The notes under the pieces are model-generated. The model was not told where the DNA came from, made no database searches, and saw only the letters and a list, made by a program, of their open reading frames with translations. A program made the translations under genes and the position numbers. A DNA stretch of 64,000 nucleotides, from positions 2,463 to 66,462 of the IMG/VR virus record IMGVR_UViG_3300021387_000032. One strand, given 5' to 3'. Below are positions 30,579 to 41,700 of the stretch, piece after piece. The DNA is from a virus. Every line of letters starts with the position of its first letter. The stretch's first letter is position 1.

Positions 30579-30842
30579 TCAATCGTCGTCTTCATCGTCG
30601 TCATCTTCGTCGTCGTCTTCTTCGTCGTCATCTTCGTCATAAATACGCTCATATGTTTCGTCGAACCAAGACTCGTATTCTTCCTCACTTGAAAATCCAT
30701 ACGCTTCTAATGGCATTTTGAAATTACAATCATCACACGCTAAAAACCGTCCATCAAAATTGTATTCATCGACGTTTTCATCGTCCCAGTACGACTCCAT
30801 GTTTCCACCACATTTTGGACAAACGTAATCACTCACAGCCAA
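30579..30842 (-). CDS. Zn-ribbon protein with very acidic C-terminus
   Basis: CPKC...CDDC, poly-D/E tail, TTG start with strong RBS. Confidence 0.7.
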   Translation of the reverse strand: MAVSDYVCPKCGGNMESYWDDENVDEYNFDGRFLACDDCNFKMPLEAYGFSSEEEYESWFDETYERIYDEDDDEEDDDEDDDDEDDD

Positions 30843-30874
30843 TCACTCCTTTCCGTAAAGTTCTTCTTGGTCTA

Positions 30875-30903
30875 AGTATATCCATAAAGTCACTAAACGT
30901 AAA
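30875..30903 (-). promoter_or_regulatory. sigma70/sigmaA-type promoter inside an RBS-sequestering inverted repeat
   Basis: TTTACG-N17-TATACT; inverted repeat 30841-30852 / 30901-30912. Confidence 0.6.
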
Positions 30904-30921
30904 GGAGTGATTTAAAAACCA

Positions 30922-31665
30922 TTACTCAGCTGACTCTGCCGTTCCCAATATCAATTCTTCGGAATACGGAAGTTCGTCAATCCATTTGCAAAACACATGC
31001 CACTCATCAAGCTTGTGATTCTTACGGGCATGAAAAATATTTGAAAGCACCTGATAGTTAAGATCAACCGTACGCTTCTGGTTGTAACTCGTCGGAAGCA
31101 GTTGAATCATCTGCCACCAGTATTCTTTCTTAAGTTTCGGATCTTCCTCTTGCAGATAGAATCTTCTCGCGATGTTAAGCCCATCAAGAATCTCCTGAAA
31201 AGTTTTATCGATCCATAGATTCTGATAGACCTTAATTTCCTCTCCAGTCTCATCGTCAATATCAATACGACGAACCCCGAGATGCTCGATCGAAAAGTCA
31301 GAAGCCTCAAATACCTTCGATCCGATCTTGTGCATGGTGCTGCAGGAATTCGCTACGGTACCGACTTTGTAAGTATCAAACTCTTTCCACCAGTAAAGAG
31401 GTGCTGTAATATCCATACTCACATGAATCATTCTTCTGAACTTCGAATGGTCATTTCCAGCTTTGCATAATTTCGCAGCGAGTTCTAAATCATTCGGACC
31501 GATTTTGTAATAATCTTTTGAGTCTTCTATGAACGCCCATTCATAATCATCGGTCGAGCTTTTATTCGAATAACTATCAGACTTTTCCCAACTGTTAAGA
31601 GGATTACGCATCCCACGAATTGCCGCTGGAAATCCATATATTTCAGTCTTCTCGATCAATATCAA
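30922..31665 (-). CDS. ThyX-like (FAD-dependent thymidylate synthase fold) protein
   Basis: H.KF.R.I, APLYWWKEFDTYKVG, QLLPTSY, RKNHKLDEW. Confidence 0.6.
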   Translation of the reverse strand: MILIEKTEIYGFPAAIRGMRNPLNSWEKSDSYSNKSSTDDYEWAFIEDSKDYYKIGPNDLELAAKLCKAGNDHSKFRRMIHVSMDITAPLYWWKEFDTYKVGTVANSCSTMHKIGSKVFEASDFSIEHLGVRRIDIDDETGEEIKVYQNLWIDKTFQEILDGLNIARRFYLQEEDPKLKKEYWWQMIQLLPTSYNQKRTVDLNYQVLSNIFHARKNHKLDEWHVFCKWIDELPYSEELILGTAESAE

Positions 31666-31733
31666 TATTCACTACCTCCTTGCTAAAATAACGGTTTAAA
31701 CTGAATCTTCCTGTACTAAATATTCTCAGATGT

Positions 31734-31841
31734 CCCTGAGACGCCCTGAGAGCCCCGTAGAGCGATTTTAATATCAATAAGGACTAATTACTCCAGAATG
31801 ATACTAAAACCGCTTAAAACGCAAATAAGGGCGTCTCAGGG
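31734..31841. repeat. Intergenic palindromic element, copy 2 of 3
   Basis: Perfect 14-bp terminal inverted repeat ccctgagacgccct / agggcgtctcaggg; inner gcgattttaa / ttaaaacgc. Confidence 0.75.
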
Positions 31842-31845
31842 CTAT

Positions 31846-32073
31846 TTACGCTTTTCTGCCCTCTCGTTCAAACTTTTTACAAAAGATTCCGCTTCGAAAA
31901 GGCTTATCTATACGTCTGTTGTTATTGTCCACAAGACACCTGTAAACCACCTTGCCCATACATCGCATAACGGCTTCTCTGTCTTTTGCATAAAACGCAC
32001 ACTGTCTACAACTTCGAAACATCGATTGGTCTTTCACTCCTTTCTGAATATCCATCACAATTTCAATATCCAT
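31846..32073 (-). CDS. Small Cys-containing hypothetical protein
   Basis: ORF in operon; CxxC. Confidence 0.6.
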   Translation of the reverse strand: MDIEIVMDIQKGVKDQSMFRSCRQCAFYAKDREAVMRCMGKVVYRCLVDNNNRRIDKPFRSGIFCKKFEREGRKA

Positions 32074-32375
32074 ACATCTGCCAGAATTACGTCAGTAGAG
32101 ACCTTAGTTCCGTCAACACATAAATTACTTGTTCCTTTGAGTTTAAGACTCATCCCGTAATTATCCACACCATTCACACCACCGAGTTTGTAAAGGGTTG
32201 AAACGAACAGATCCGTTTCAGGGTCACACTCCTTATGAGTATAGGCACACTCCTGAAGACGCATCAATGCTCGACCATATGCTTGAGGAAGGTCATAGTA
32301 AATTCCGACAACTTCCATCTCGCCGCTTTCGAGTCTAAAGATCACCACGTATGTATCTACGACCTGTGCTGTCAT
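32055..32375 (-). CDS. Hypothetical protein, paralog of the adjacent gene
   Basis: G.Y.D...AYGRAL..LQ..A is shared with 32392-32709. Confidence 0.7.
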   Translation of the reverse strand: MTAQVVDTYVVIFRLESGEMEVVGIYYDLPQAYGRALMRLQECAYTHKECDPETDLFVSTLYKLGGVNGVDNYGMSLKLKGTSNLCVDGTKVSTDVILADVWILKL

Positions 32376-32391
32376 ATCTGTTGTCTCCTCT

Positions 32392-32709
32392 CTACGCTGT
32401 TACGTTTGTAAGAACCCATACATCAGCAAGTTCTTTATCCATACCAAGCTCTAATTGGTTAGTGGTATTGCCTCTAAGCATTAAGCTCATCCCGAAATTA
32501 TCGCCGCCTTCCAATTCGTATATGGTGCTGAAATATAAATCTTCAGGCGCATATTCTTCGGTATGATCATCTGCGTAATTTTGAAGAGATAACAAAGCTC
32601 GTCCATAAGCCGCTTCATAGTCATCGTATACGCCATCAAGACACATCAAACCGGTATCGAGATGGAATACTACAGCGTACGTCATCTTACTTTCGACCTG
32701 TGCTGCCAT
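32392..32709 (-). CDS. Hypothetical protein, paralog of the adjacent gene
   Basis: Start MAAQVES overlaps the 3' end of dut. Confidence 0.7.
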   Translation of the reverse strand: MAAQVESKMTYAVVFHLDTGLMCLDGVYDDYEAAYGRALLSLQNYADDHTEEYAPEDLYFSTIYELEGGDNFGMSLMLRGNTTNQLELGMDKELADVWVLTNVTA

Positions 32710-33112
32710 ATCCGTTGTCTCCTCTCTCGCCGCCTGAAATTTCGTCAACAATTTCAATTTTTGCATATGAAACCGGAATCAAAGCAAGCTGTGTAATCTT
32801 GTCTCCCGGCTCAACCAGATAATCGTCGTCTGAACCATTGTAGAGACGGATTTTAATCTCGCCAGTAAACCCCTCGTCGATCAAACCTGTCGAAGTGATT
32901 TTGTCGTTGATGTTAAGTCCGCTCTTGGAAACTAAAAGACCGGCATACCCTTGTGGAATTTCCACATGCACACCGGTCGTAAAAACTTTTGAACCATTTG
33001 CAGGAACATATCCGAACATGTTGGAACGAATATCAATTCCACCGTCAGTATCATGTGCCCTTGTCGGAGCGAAAGCGCCTTCGTCTAATTTGAATCTGAT
33101 CACATTATCCAT
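32687..33112 (-). CDS. dut: Trimeric dUTPase
   Basis: GGIDI, KSGL, GLIDEGFTGEI, GDKITQL, RGDNGYGSTG. Confidence 0.92.
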   Translation of the reverse strand: MDNVIRFKLDEGAFAPTRAHDTDGGIDIRSNMFGYVPANGSKVFTTGVHVEIPQGYAGLLVSKSGLNINDKITSTGLIDEGFTGEIKIRLYNGSDDDYLVEPGDKITQLALIPVSYAKIEIVDEISGGERGDNGYGSTGRK

Positions 33113-33116
33113 AATA

Positions 33117-33506
33117 TCAATTATCTCCAATCCTAAACGTTTTATCTTCCAGTTCATCCTGCACAACAACCACCTTACCGTATCGGCTTGCGATTTCATA
33201 TTCGATCCTGCATCCTCTTGCTTGGTAATAATCCCATGTAAAATAAACAACATTCGCCTCAGCTAAAAGATCAATACTCTTTGCGAGATACTTGATCGGG
33301 ATATATCCAGGAGCAAGATCATCGACATTACCCTCAACTCTATCCTTAGCACCAGCTTCAACGTCATAATCCTCGAAGAAACTGTCGATCACTTCAAACT
33401 CGGTTCCAAGCTTGCTGCGAATATCCACGATTGCTTTGTTACGTGCCTCACGAATTTCCTCGTCGGTACGTCCGTTCATCGGTTGCGAAATAAAAACTTT
33501 AATCAT
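33117..33506 (-). CDS. DUF4406 / nucleoside 2-deoxyribosyltransferase-like protein
   Basis: KVFISQPMNG...ARGCRIEYEIA. Confidence 0.7.
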   Translation of the reverse strand: MIKVFISQPMNGRTDEEIREARNKAIVDIRSKLGTEFEVIDSFFEDYDVEAGAKDRVEGNVDDLAPGYIPIKYLAKSIDLLAEANVVYFTWDYYQARGCRIEYEIASRYGKVVVVQDELEDKTFRIGDN

Positions 33507-33577
33507 CCCAAAATACCTCCTTTTTCGGCTACTTGTGGGGAAATATAAAAACCTCACGAAAACATGATAAAATCGTC

Positions 33578-33930
33578 CGTGGCCAGATGCCCACTTTTAA
33601 ACCCAATTATTTTTCTATATAAATTAAAATTTATTTTTTTTCCATACGAAATATAAAAAAAAAGTGGCCATCTGGGTAAAACAGCCCGCAAACGTTGAAA
33701 TTCCAATGGGTTTCGGCGACAGCAAAAGTGGGCTTTGCCTGGCCACAAGGTGGGCAAATGGCCAGAAAAGTGGGCAAAAAGTCACGTTTTCGTGATATTT
33801 TCGAGAATTTTTCCGAATTTTTGACACTTTAATTTCGATGTCTCAAAAATGATTTTTTAGATATCGAATAACTGTTTTGCCCACCCTAAAGCCCACTTTT
33901 TGGCCAGATTTCAGACACAAAAGTGGGCAT
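33578..33930. repeat. Iteron-like repeat cluster, putative replication origin
   Basis: Multiple AAAGTGGGC / GCCCACTTT and TGGCCA copies in both orientations around AT-rich tracts; non-coding. Confidence 0.65.
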
Positions 33931-33937
33931 AAAAATA

Positions 33938-34255
33938 TCACTTTTTCGTGATGTTTTTCAGTGAATATCCACTATGTCTGAGTTCTGCAACCTGTTTGTT
34001 TATGGCATCGAGAACAACAGATGTCTTTGTGGTATAGAAAATATCTGCGATTTGTTCGATCAAATACATTTCATTTTCTGTAAGTCTGAGTGTCATTTGC
34101 TTACTTCTTTTATCCTCAGGTTTTGAATGTGGTCTCCCTCTTTTGGGTTTCGTTCTGTCCTTAGATTGACGTACTCTCTCCGTCGATATTTCATCCCAGC
34201 GTCCGCGTTGTTCCTCAGTCATTATTAGAAGCCTCCTCGATAAAATCAAAATCAC
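33938..34255 (-). CDS. Ribbon-helix-helix-like DNA-binding protein
   Basis: KRGRP...QMTLRLTENE. Confidence 0.55.
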   Translation of the reverse strand: MILILSRRLLIMTEEQRGRWDEISTERVRQSKDRTKPKRGRPHSKPEDKRSKQMTLRLTENEMYLIEQIADIFYTTKTSVVLDAINKQVAELRHSGYSLKNITKK

Positions 34256-34421
34256 GAGAAGATTTGCAAGCTTTCTTTAAAGCAACCCTGCCAAGAGTCG
34301 ATATAGAAATCCCAATCTCCTCAGATAGTTTTACAACATCCTGATACTCTTCTTCAGTAACACGAATTCTAATCAATCTCGTTCTATTATCTTTAGGATC
34401 TTTAGTATAATTGCCCATCAC
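34215..34421 (-). CDS. CopG / RHH-like DNA-binding protein
   Basis: IRIRVTEEE...ISISTLGR.AL. Confidence 0.6.
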   Translation of the reverse strand: MMGNYTKDPKDNRTRLIRIRVTEEEYQDVVKLSEEIGISISTLGRVALKKACKSSRDFDFIEEASNND

Positions 34422-36724
34422 TTATCCTCCTCAGAGTCCAATCCTTTCAAAAGTCCATTGCCAGCCCATTCACCAAAAAAGAGATTTCCGTCTTTCAAAG
34501 CGATCTGGTAGTGCTCATCAGTCGCTGCCTTATACGCAAGTATTCCTCCTTTGGAAAGACACCAGTGGTCATCAGGGATCGTAACGTATTCCTTCAAGAC
34601 TTTTTCTTCGGAGGCATCAATCTGATATCCGCCATCATCAGTTCTCAAGCGGTACCAGATCCGTCCATCGGAGGTCTTAACAACTCTCTCAATTTTAGCA
34701 GGAACGTAGATAACGTCGTCAATATCATAAATAGTATCCATGTGTTTACCCCTTTCGTCGTAGATCACATCATTTCACAAGTCAATTCACATCAATTCAT
34801 AAGACTCAATACCAAAGCCTTAAAACTACCCAGCAAAGTATTAAACGCCAAATATAAAATCGACCCGATCACTACTCCGGTAAAGATTTCACCAAGCAGC
34901 AAACCGAGTCGATAAGCTTTACTCTTCTTTTGTTCTTTCATTCGTATCCCTTGTCAGAATCACACCATCAAGATCGCTATACACAACCTCATTTCCGGCA
35001 GTTTCTCCAATAATATCAATACCGTCTTCACGAGCCATAGTAGCAAACAGCAAATATAAAAACCTAAGCGTCCGGTTAAGTCCTGAGATCTCCTCCGTAA
35101 TACGATCGAGCTTATCCATCAATAAATCGCTGTTTTGTTCTCTGGTATTAATAATCATACAAGTTACTCCTTTTTCTCAGAATTCTTATAGAATCTCACA
35201 AATGTACATGCGTAAAGTTTCAGAAATTCCCGAAAAGCCTTACTCATAGCCCAGTCCTCATTGATACAGATAACATCAAGCCATTCTTTTTCATAGTCAC
35301 TAAGTGAGATTGTAATGGGAATATATCGTTTTCCACATTTCTCATCCCAGGTTGTAACAGACGGCACACTGTTCTCAAGAATATCATTAAGTTCGCACTT
35401 CATCTTTTTCTCCTTACCAAAAATAGATATAACCTACTATTACTATAAACATCAGGAGTCCGATGACCACAAAATCCTTACGCATCTCCATAATTCCCAT
35501 GCTTAATATCCATCCGGTTGAAAAACCAAGAATTATACGTATTATTGCACTCACAAGTTCACACTTCATCGTCAATAATCACCTCGTTCTTAAAAGACAG
35601 ATCGTCCTCCGTAACGCCGGTCTCTTTCTCAAGAATATCAAGCATCTCGTCAACCGACACTTTGTTGCGAAACATGGTATCAGCATGAGCAGAAGCCTTT
35701 TTAAGAGTCCTAATAAGCCGCTCCTTACCGAATTTAAACTCATCCCTTAGCGCAAAGAGTACGGCAAGCATATCAATATTGTGCTGGTAGAGGATTGTCT
35801 CCATCACTCTGTCGTACAAAGCCTTGTTAAGAGCGTTTCTGGACTTTATTTCCTGTTCAGTAGATGTATACAGACGAATATCACTGCGAAGTTTAAACTG
35901 ATCCTTGTCTTTCTTCTTACCGGCTTTTCGTCCGTTTCCAGTAGGTCTGATTCTTCTATTCGTCATGCTCATCGGCATCCACCTTAGTTAAATTAAGCCC
36001 TTTTTCGAGTGTTTGATTCAGTTTTTCCAAGGAATGTGCAACATAAACACGGTCAGAATGTGCAACTTGCATATTTTCATTCACAACATCAATCAGGTTA
36101 GAGACACGCTTCGTAAGCATTTCAAGGTATACTGTAATACTATAAAGCGATACACTACTGCCATCTACACTACCATTCTGCGCAATCGCATTTTTAATAA
36201 CTTCTAACATAGTATTTGTAAGCTCATTTATTTCACGATTATTAATATCAGTGTACTTCTCAGACATGTGTTACTCCTTTTCTGTTTCTTGTTCTTTTAC
36301 TAATTTCTCAAATTTCTCCAATGCCACCAGTTTCTCCCTTATCGACTCGCCAGATGTAGTTTCATCTGTATCAATACCATTTTGGGCGAGCAGAATATCT
36401 AACAGCCCGGCAAGCAGTAAGAGTTTTCTTTCCTCAATTTGTCGAAGCATCCACTCATGTCCCAACGGCGAACCCTCGATAAGTTTGACAAATTCGTTTG
36501 CGTCTTTTACATAGCTCATAAGTTTACTCCTTTACTAATTTCTTTCCGCACATAGGACAATAATTTATACGAACCGATATGCCGTTCGAACCGCCTCCGT
36601 GAATATCATAGCCATACGCTACAAGTATTCCTGGGTAAAATATGGCAATCCCGTAATCGTCATTGTCCGGATAATCGTCTTTACAAGTCGTTAAATGTTT
36701 AGCGCCTTCGCAATATTTGCACAT
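34418..36724 (-). other. Run of small hypothetical genes (34418-34768, 34919-35158, 35164-35403, 35559-35978, 35956-36267, 36271-36519, 36524-36724)
   Basis: Tightly packed minus-strand ORFs, several with AAGGAG RBS. Confidence 0.65.
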
Positions 36725-36744
36725 AGCTTATAAGTTTACTCCTT

Positions 36745-37953
36745 TCATTTAATACGTTTCTTATAGACATTTGCAAATCGGCTCTCATTGAATTTCTTCT
36801 TTTTTCTCAGAGCCTTATCAATGCCCAGATCGATCCCGCTTTTGGTCTTAATGTGGTAGTAATATAAATCCGTATAAGGCGTATTGAGCCGGTCTATACG
36901 TCCCGCAGCCTGTTGCATGATCTTATACGAGTAGTTTTGCGAGAAGAATATAATGGTGTCTGTCGTAATGCAGTTCCATCCTTCTGCGCCTGCCGTGTAC
37001 TGTACGAAATAGACCCACGAGTCGCCTTTTGGAATATCCATATGCTTATGTCCATTCCACTCAGCAACCTTAACATCCTTACCAAAATCCAAGGCTCTCA
37101 GATAGTCTAATTCGTAATTATAATTGTAAAAGATGATAACCTTCCTGTGCTTGCTAAAAACCTCTAAAATCGCCTCTCGTCGCGTCTCAGAGGTATTCAC
37201 AACCCGTCTAAGTGCCTGACAGAATTCCGAGGCATTTACAAGGGGCCTTTCCTCCCAGATATGCCACCGGTCTCTCATCACACGACGGTAATCAGTAAGG
37301 TTGTATTTCACCCAGATATCAATATGGTGTGATTTGGTCTTTCGTTCAAATCGCATATCCACAAGTATCATGTCGCGATATCTGATAAGCCGTCCGGTAT
37401 TAAGGTATTTATCAACCGCAGGGTATTTCACAAAGCGTTTATAGACGACATGCTCCTGGATGAATTCGGTTCTGTTACGGTAAAATCCATTCGCAATAAA
37501 GACCGGTATATAATCCATCCAGGTGTCTCCGGGAGTGGCAGAGAGTAATATCCATTCGTTCTCCTTAGTAATTTTAAGAAACGATTTTACCCAGGCGCCA
37601 TTACCCACTACTCGCTGCTCATCAAATATAAAAAACGCATCTTTCACATCGGCGTACTTTTTAATGTTATTCCACGAGTCTATTACCACATCTTTTAACT
37701 TCATATGAAACACACGAATCTCGTCTTCCCACTCATGTGTATCTCTCTTTCTTGCAGTGGTGATGATGTAAAGCTTCTTGGGATCTTTCATCTTTACATA
37801 CTCTTTTGTATTTACTTTGCCCCCGTTCAAAATATAAAAATACGCAAGAGCGGTGCGAGATTTACCAGACCCCACACCGCCGCATAAAATAGATCCACTT
37901 GCAAGTTTGTTAATAGCATCCACCTGATATGGATACATGCTTATTCCGTTCAT
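36745..37953 (-). CDS. SF2 (SNF2-like) helicase
   Basis: YPYQ, GVGSGKS, FIFDE, LSATP, GAEGWN, QAAGRIDR. Confidence 0.9.
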   Translation of the reverse strand: MNGISMYPYQVDAINKLASGSILCGGVGSGKSRTALAYFYILNGGKVNTKEYVKMKDPKKLYIITTARKRDTHEWEDEIRVFHMKLKDVVIDSWNNIKKYADVKDAFFIFDEQRVVGNGAWVKSFLKITKENEWILLSATPGDTWMDYIPVFIANGFYRNRTEFIQEHVVYKRFVKYPAVDKYLNTGRLIRYRDMILVDMRFERKTKSHHIDIWVKYNLTDYRRVMRDRWHIWEERPLVNASEFCQALRRVVNTSETRREAILEVFSKHRKVIIFYNYNYELDYLRALDFGKDVKVAEWNGHKHMDIPKGDSWVYFVQYTAGAEGWNCITTDTIIFFSQNYSYKIMQQAAGRIDRLNTPYTDLYYYHIKTKSGIDLGIDKALRKKKKFNESRFANVYKKRIK

Positions 37954-38321
37954 ACAAGTTTGTCATAAAATTCAGTAATTACAAGTTCAATCAATACGGT
38001 AAATAATAGTGTCCCTCCAGTAATCCCAAGACCGATGCAGCTTCCTTTGAACGCTGTAGAACATCCTGAGACAAGAGGTTCAACGCCAATCATATGAGAC
38101 ACTGCTCCAATAAACAGTAAGGTGAGACTGAGCGAGCCAAGAAGTATGAAAACGAATATAAAAAACAATATGACATCGAGCAGTATCTTTTCAAAAGTTT
38201 TCAGCATCCGTCGTTTATCAATTTTCATAAGTCGCTCCTTAGAATGGCAGATCGTCTTCGTCCATTTCTTCTTCAATGTCAGAACCGAAGTTGGCGTATT
38301 TCTCAGCGAGGAAGTCCTCAC
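37950..38321 (-). CDS. Hypothetical membrane protein (true start probably MKIDKRR)
   Basis: Two hydrophobic segments. Confidence 0.5.
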   Translation of the reverse strand: MRTSSLRNTPTSVLTLKKKWTKTICHSKERLMKIDKRRMLKTFEKILLDVILFFIFVFILLGSLSLTLLFIGAVSHMIGVEPLVSGCSTAFKGSCIGLGITGGTLLFTVLIELVITEFYDKLV

Positions 38322-38781
38322 GAATCTTCACATACATTGACTTCAGATAAGCCTTCACTCCTGATTTACCATTGACTTCCCAGTTATAAGGACGGATAAT
38401 GAGATCAACGCTTTCGATATCCACGTCATCAAGCTCTCCTATCGTATCCTCATCCAAAAGAGTCTTGTTGGTCTTGGTGAGAAGGTATACTTTAGGCGGC
38501 TGGAATTTGTAAGACGCTACTACCTGAATATAACAGAGGGGTTTATCTCCCTCCTCTCTTGGTGGCAGGATCTTTACATTCCAACCGTCATCTTTCATTC
38601 TTTCGGCAAACACCTCGTCATCAATTACCACGCAGAAGTTACGATTGCCTGCACGGTTGTAAGGAGTTTCCTCACCTTTGAAGTTGCGAAACATGATACG
38701 CACATCTTCAAATACCACATTATCAGTTACTTTGTAATCAGCTTTTCTTTTGCTCTGTTTTGCTGCTGCTCTGGCTGCCAT
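38239..38781 (-). CDS. Single-stranded DNA-binding protein (phage type)
   Basis: FRNF.G...N..G.RNF core; acidic tail ending DDLPF; adjacent to the polymerase. Confidence 0.75.
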   Translation of the reverse strand: MAARAAAKQSKRKADYKVTDNVVFEDVRIMFRNFKGEETPYNRAGNRNFCVVIDDEVFAERMKDDGWNVKILPPREEGDKPLCYIQVVASYKFQPPKVYLLTKTNKTLLDEDTIGELDDVDIESVDLIIRPYNWEVNGKSGVKAYLKSMYVKIREDFLAEKYANFGSDIEEEMDEDDLPF

Positions 38782-38797
38782 AATATCCATCCTTTCT

Positions 38798-41700
38798 TTA
38801 TTCTGTAAACCATTCAAGGTCTCCGTATTTCTCAATAGCTTCAGCGGCTTTATCCACAAGATCGTTGTAATAACTTTGATCAATCATTCCTGACCAGTTC
38901 ATGTTTTTAACTATCTCTGATTCAAGCCATCTGTATGGAGTGCCGTCAGCTTTCTTCGTACCGGCGATCGCATGGAATTTTTTGTCCTTCTCTCTGACAA
39001 GTATTCCTCCTCCACAACCGTCTTTCACAGGACAGAACTGACCGACTCTCCCAATAAAGACGTATGAATGCCCTTTTGAGATTTTTTCCTTGAGGTTTTC
39101 AATAGCCATATCAAGTCCGTCGAGCATTTCCGATCCGTCTCGTATGTTCTCCTCTTGCCAAAGTTTGAATATTTTTTTATGCTCTTTCTGAACCCTTTCA
39201 AGTTCTTTTTCATATTCACTTACATCAGGTGATCCTTCATTCATATCAAGATAGATCGCTGTGGTAACACTCTTCGTCTCGCAAAGGTCGTCAAACTCAA
39301 TAGGTTCTTTACTGAAGAGAGTCTTGAATACATACGGAACCTGAAACTGAGTACCGGTCGCAGTCCATTTACCGGCTTTCTTCTTATTGTCATCCGGCAA
39401 ATATCCATAATGCTCCTGACACCACTCCTGCGATGAATACTTGGCAATGTAAACCGCATCATTTACAAGACACATCTTTTCGTACGTAGCCTCATGCTCA
39501 AATGAATATCCATACTTCTTACCAAACTCCATGACAAACTGAATAATCTCAGGAGTTGCGTCCGGGATTTTTATCGAGTCTGTTTTTATATGAGCAACAG
39601 TAAAGCCCCGTTTCGCGACCTCGTGTTTGAGATCAACCATAAACAGGGCTCCTCGTTTGGCTACTATATTGTCTTTGTTACGAATATCACGAAATGGATT
39701 GTTGAAACTCGCAGCGGTCAAGCCATACACCGAGTTAATCGCAGTCTTAAGAGCGTTCGCAAGTTCCTTCGAGGTTAACTCTCCATCGACAACTCTCTTA
39801 ATATAAGGTTCGAGTTTACCGTCCAGATAAGTCTTCACAAGCTCCCAGTCTTCGTGCTTAATAGCGACTCTGGCTTCCACAAGCTCTCTGAATATCCGTG
39901 TGTATTTCGGTCCAAAGAGACACTCCGCAATAAGTGAATGAGGATGCATGGACGCTACATCAAGCAGTGCCACATTTTTGTGTATGCCTGGTTCAGCGTA
40001 TACATATCCACCTTCACCTACTACCTCACCGCGATATATAGACTCCTTACCGTCAAATGAATATCCAGGAAAGTACGGAAGAACACTTGTCATACGATAA
40101 TCGCCAGCAGGTGACACAAAGCTTCGCACATTGTCTCCGATCATATCATGGCAGGCTTTTCTTAGAAACTTAAGCACGTCAACATCAATGGTGTCCACAA
40201 TCTCTGACATGTCACGATAGCAGAATTCGTTTTGCGGATTACGGTTATTTCCGAATATCAATGCCGTTGTCAGAGCATTTGTCGAGTCGTTAACTGTCTT
40301 TCCAGTAAGGTCCGCGAGGATCTGTCTTGCTGTCCAATCACCTTTAAGATAATTGAAGGCTGCCTCGGTTGCACGAACGTCATTTTCACAGTACTCAATA
40401 ACTTTCGGCCACAGACTTTCATCAACAGGCTTGTCCCAGGGTAGTCCGAGTTCCTGGTGGTGGATTCCCATTTCAATCTCAAGCTTTTTAAGAGATTTCT
40501 TATTACCTGCCGAGGCGAAATCATAAATATCAGTATACGAGTGATTATAAGCCGCACCAAAGAATGCATTGCGATCTCCGCCGATAATCTTTTGTGAGAT
40601 CTCATAGCACTGCTCCGGTGAATATCCCATAAGAGCCGCGTGTATAATGTGGTTGTCATACCGTCTGCAATTAAATCCGATCAGTTTGCATCTCAGTAAA
40701 GTCACAATATCAACAGGTCTCGGATTAGTTAAATGCAAAACCGGCTGATTCTCCCCTGCGAATTTCCAGCAAATAAGAAGCAGATTTGGAAACACCTCAA
40801 TATCATAGAAGGCTATGTCTCCGGTACTGTCTTTTGATTCAGATGGATTGTCCGATCTGAACTTCATCTTAGATATCAATTTCAGACAATACTCAGCCTG
40901 GTTTGTACTGTTAGCCGCAAAAGTCATAACGGCGTTTTTCATGTCTGACACATCGTATGGTATGCCGGACTCATAGGCATCTTCCAGTATCTTAAATATA
41001 AAATCGATACTGGGCTTCGTTGCGGGATGGATCTCTTTTCGCAGGTTTTTTACGATCAGAGTCCGTATCCCCTTTTCGTTTTTAATAGTCGTATTGTCTA
41101 CCATTTTTACTCCTTTCAACGGCAGACCTGAGCTTATCTCTGCAATGGGTAGATCATTACATAAAGTGAGTTTTCGTCTAAGCGAGCTTGCACCAGCGAA
41201 TGTCTTAATCTCTATGTGCGGATTATCCTCAAACACTTTCGCAAGCCGTCTCGGGTCTCCGGTGTAAATATAATGAAGGTGAATCCCTGCTCCGGACTTT
41301 GACACTTCAGCGTAAGTCCTGGGCCACTTGCTTGCCTCTTTGAGATTAAGATCGAAGTTCTTCTTTCCATCAGGACCGGGAATATCAAAGTCAATGACAA
41401 TGTGATTCTCAGGTGGTCTGACGTAGTGAAGTCTCTTCGTGTCAAGTGCCTCAAGCGTGGTTTTCACCTTATCCCACTTCTTAAAGGGTTTTCCGTCGTC
41501 ATTTGCGTACTGAGCAGGACAACCTTTAAGCACTTTATCAAGTAGTGACGGCTGCTCTTTGAACTCAATCAAATATAAAATTTGTGTTTCTTCCTCATCC
41601 TCAGTCGTATCGAACTTGTCGAGTTTAAAACCGATGTAGTAGTTTCTGACCCTGGTATTTTCTCCTAATACATATCGGTCTTTGAATTCATCGAAGTAGT

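Noticed and set aside
33554-33827. Two 67-aa ORFs over the repeat cluster
   Set aside because: They overlap iteron-like repeats and have no convincing RBS; probably non-coding.
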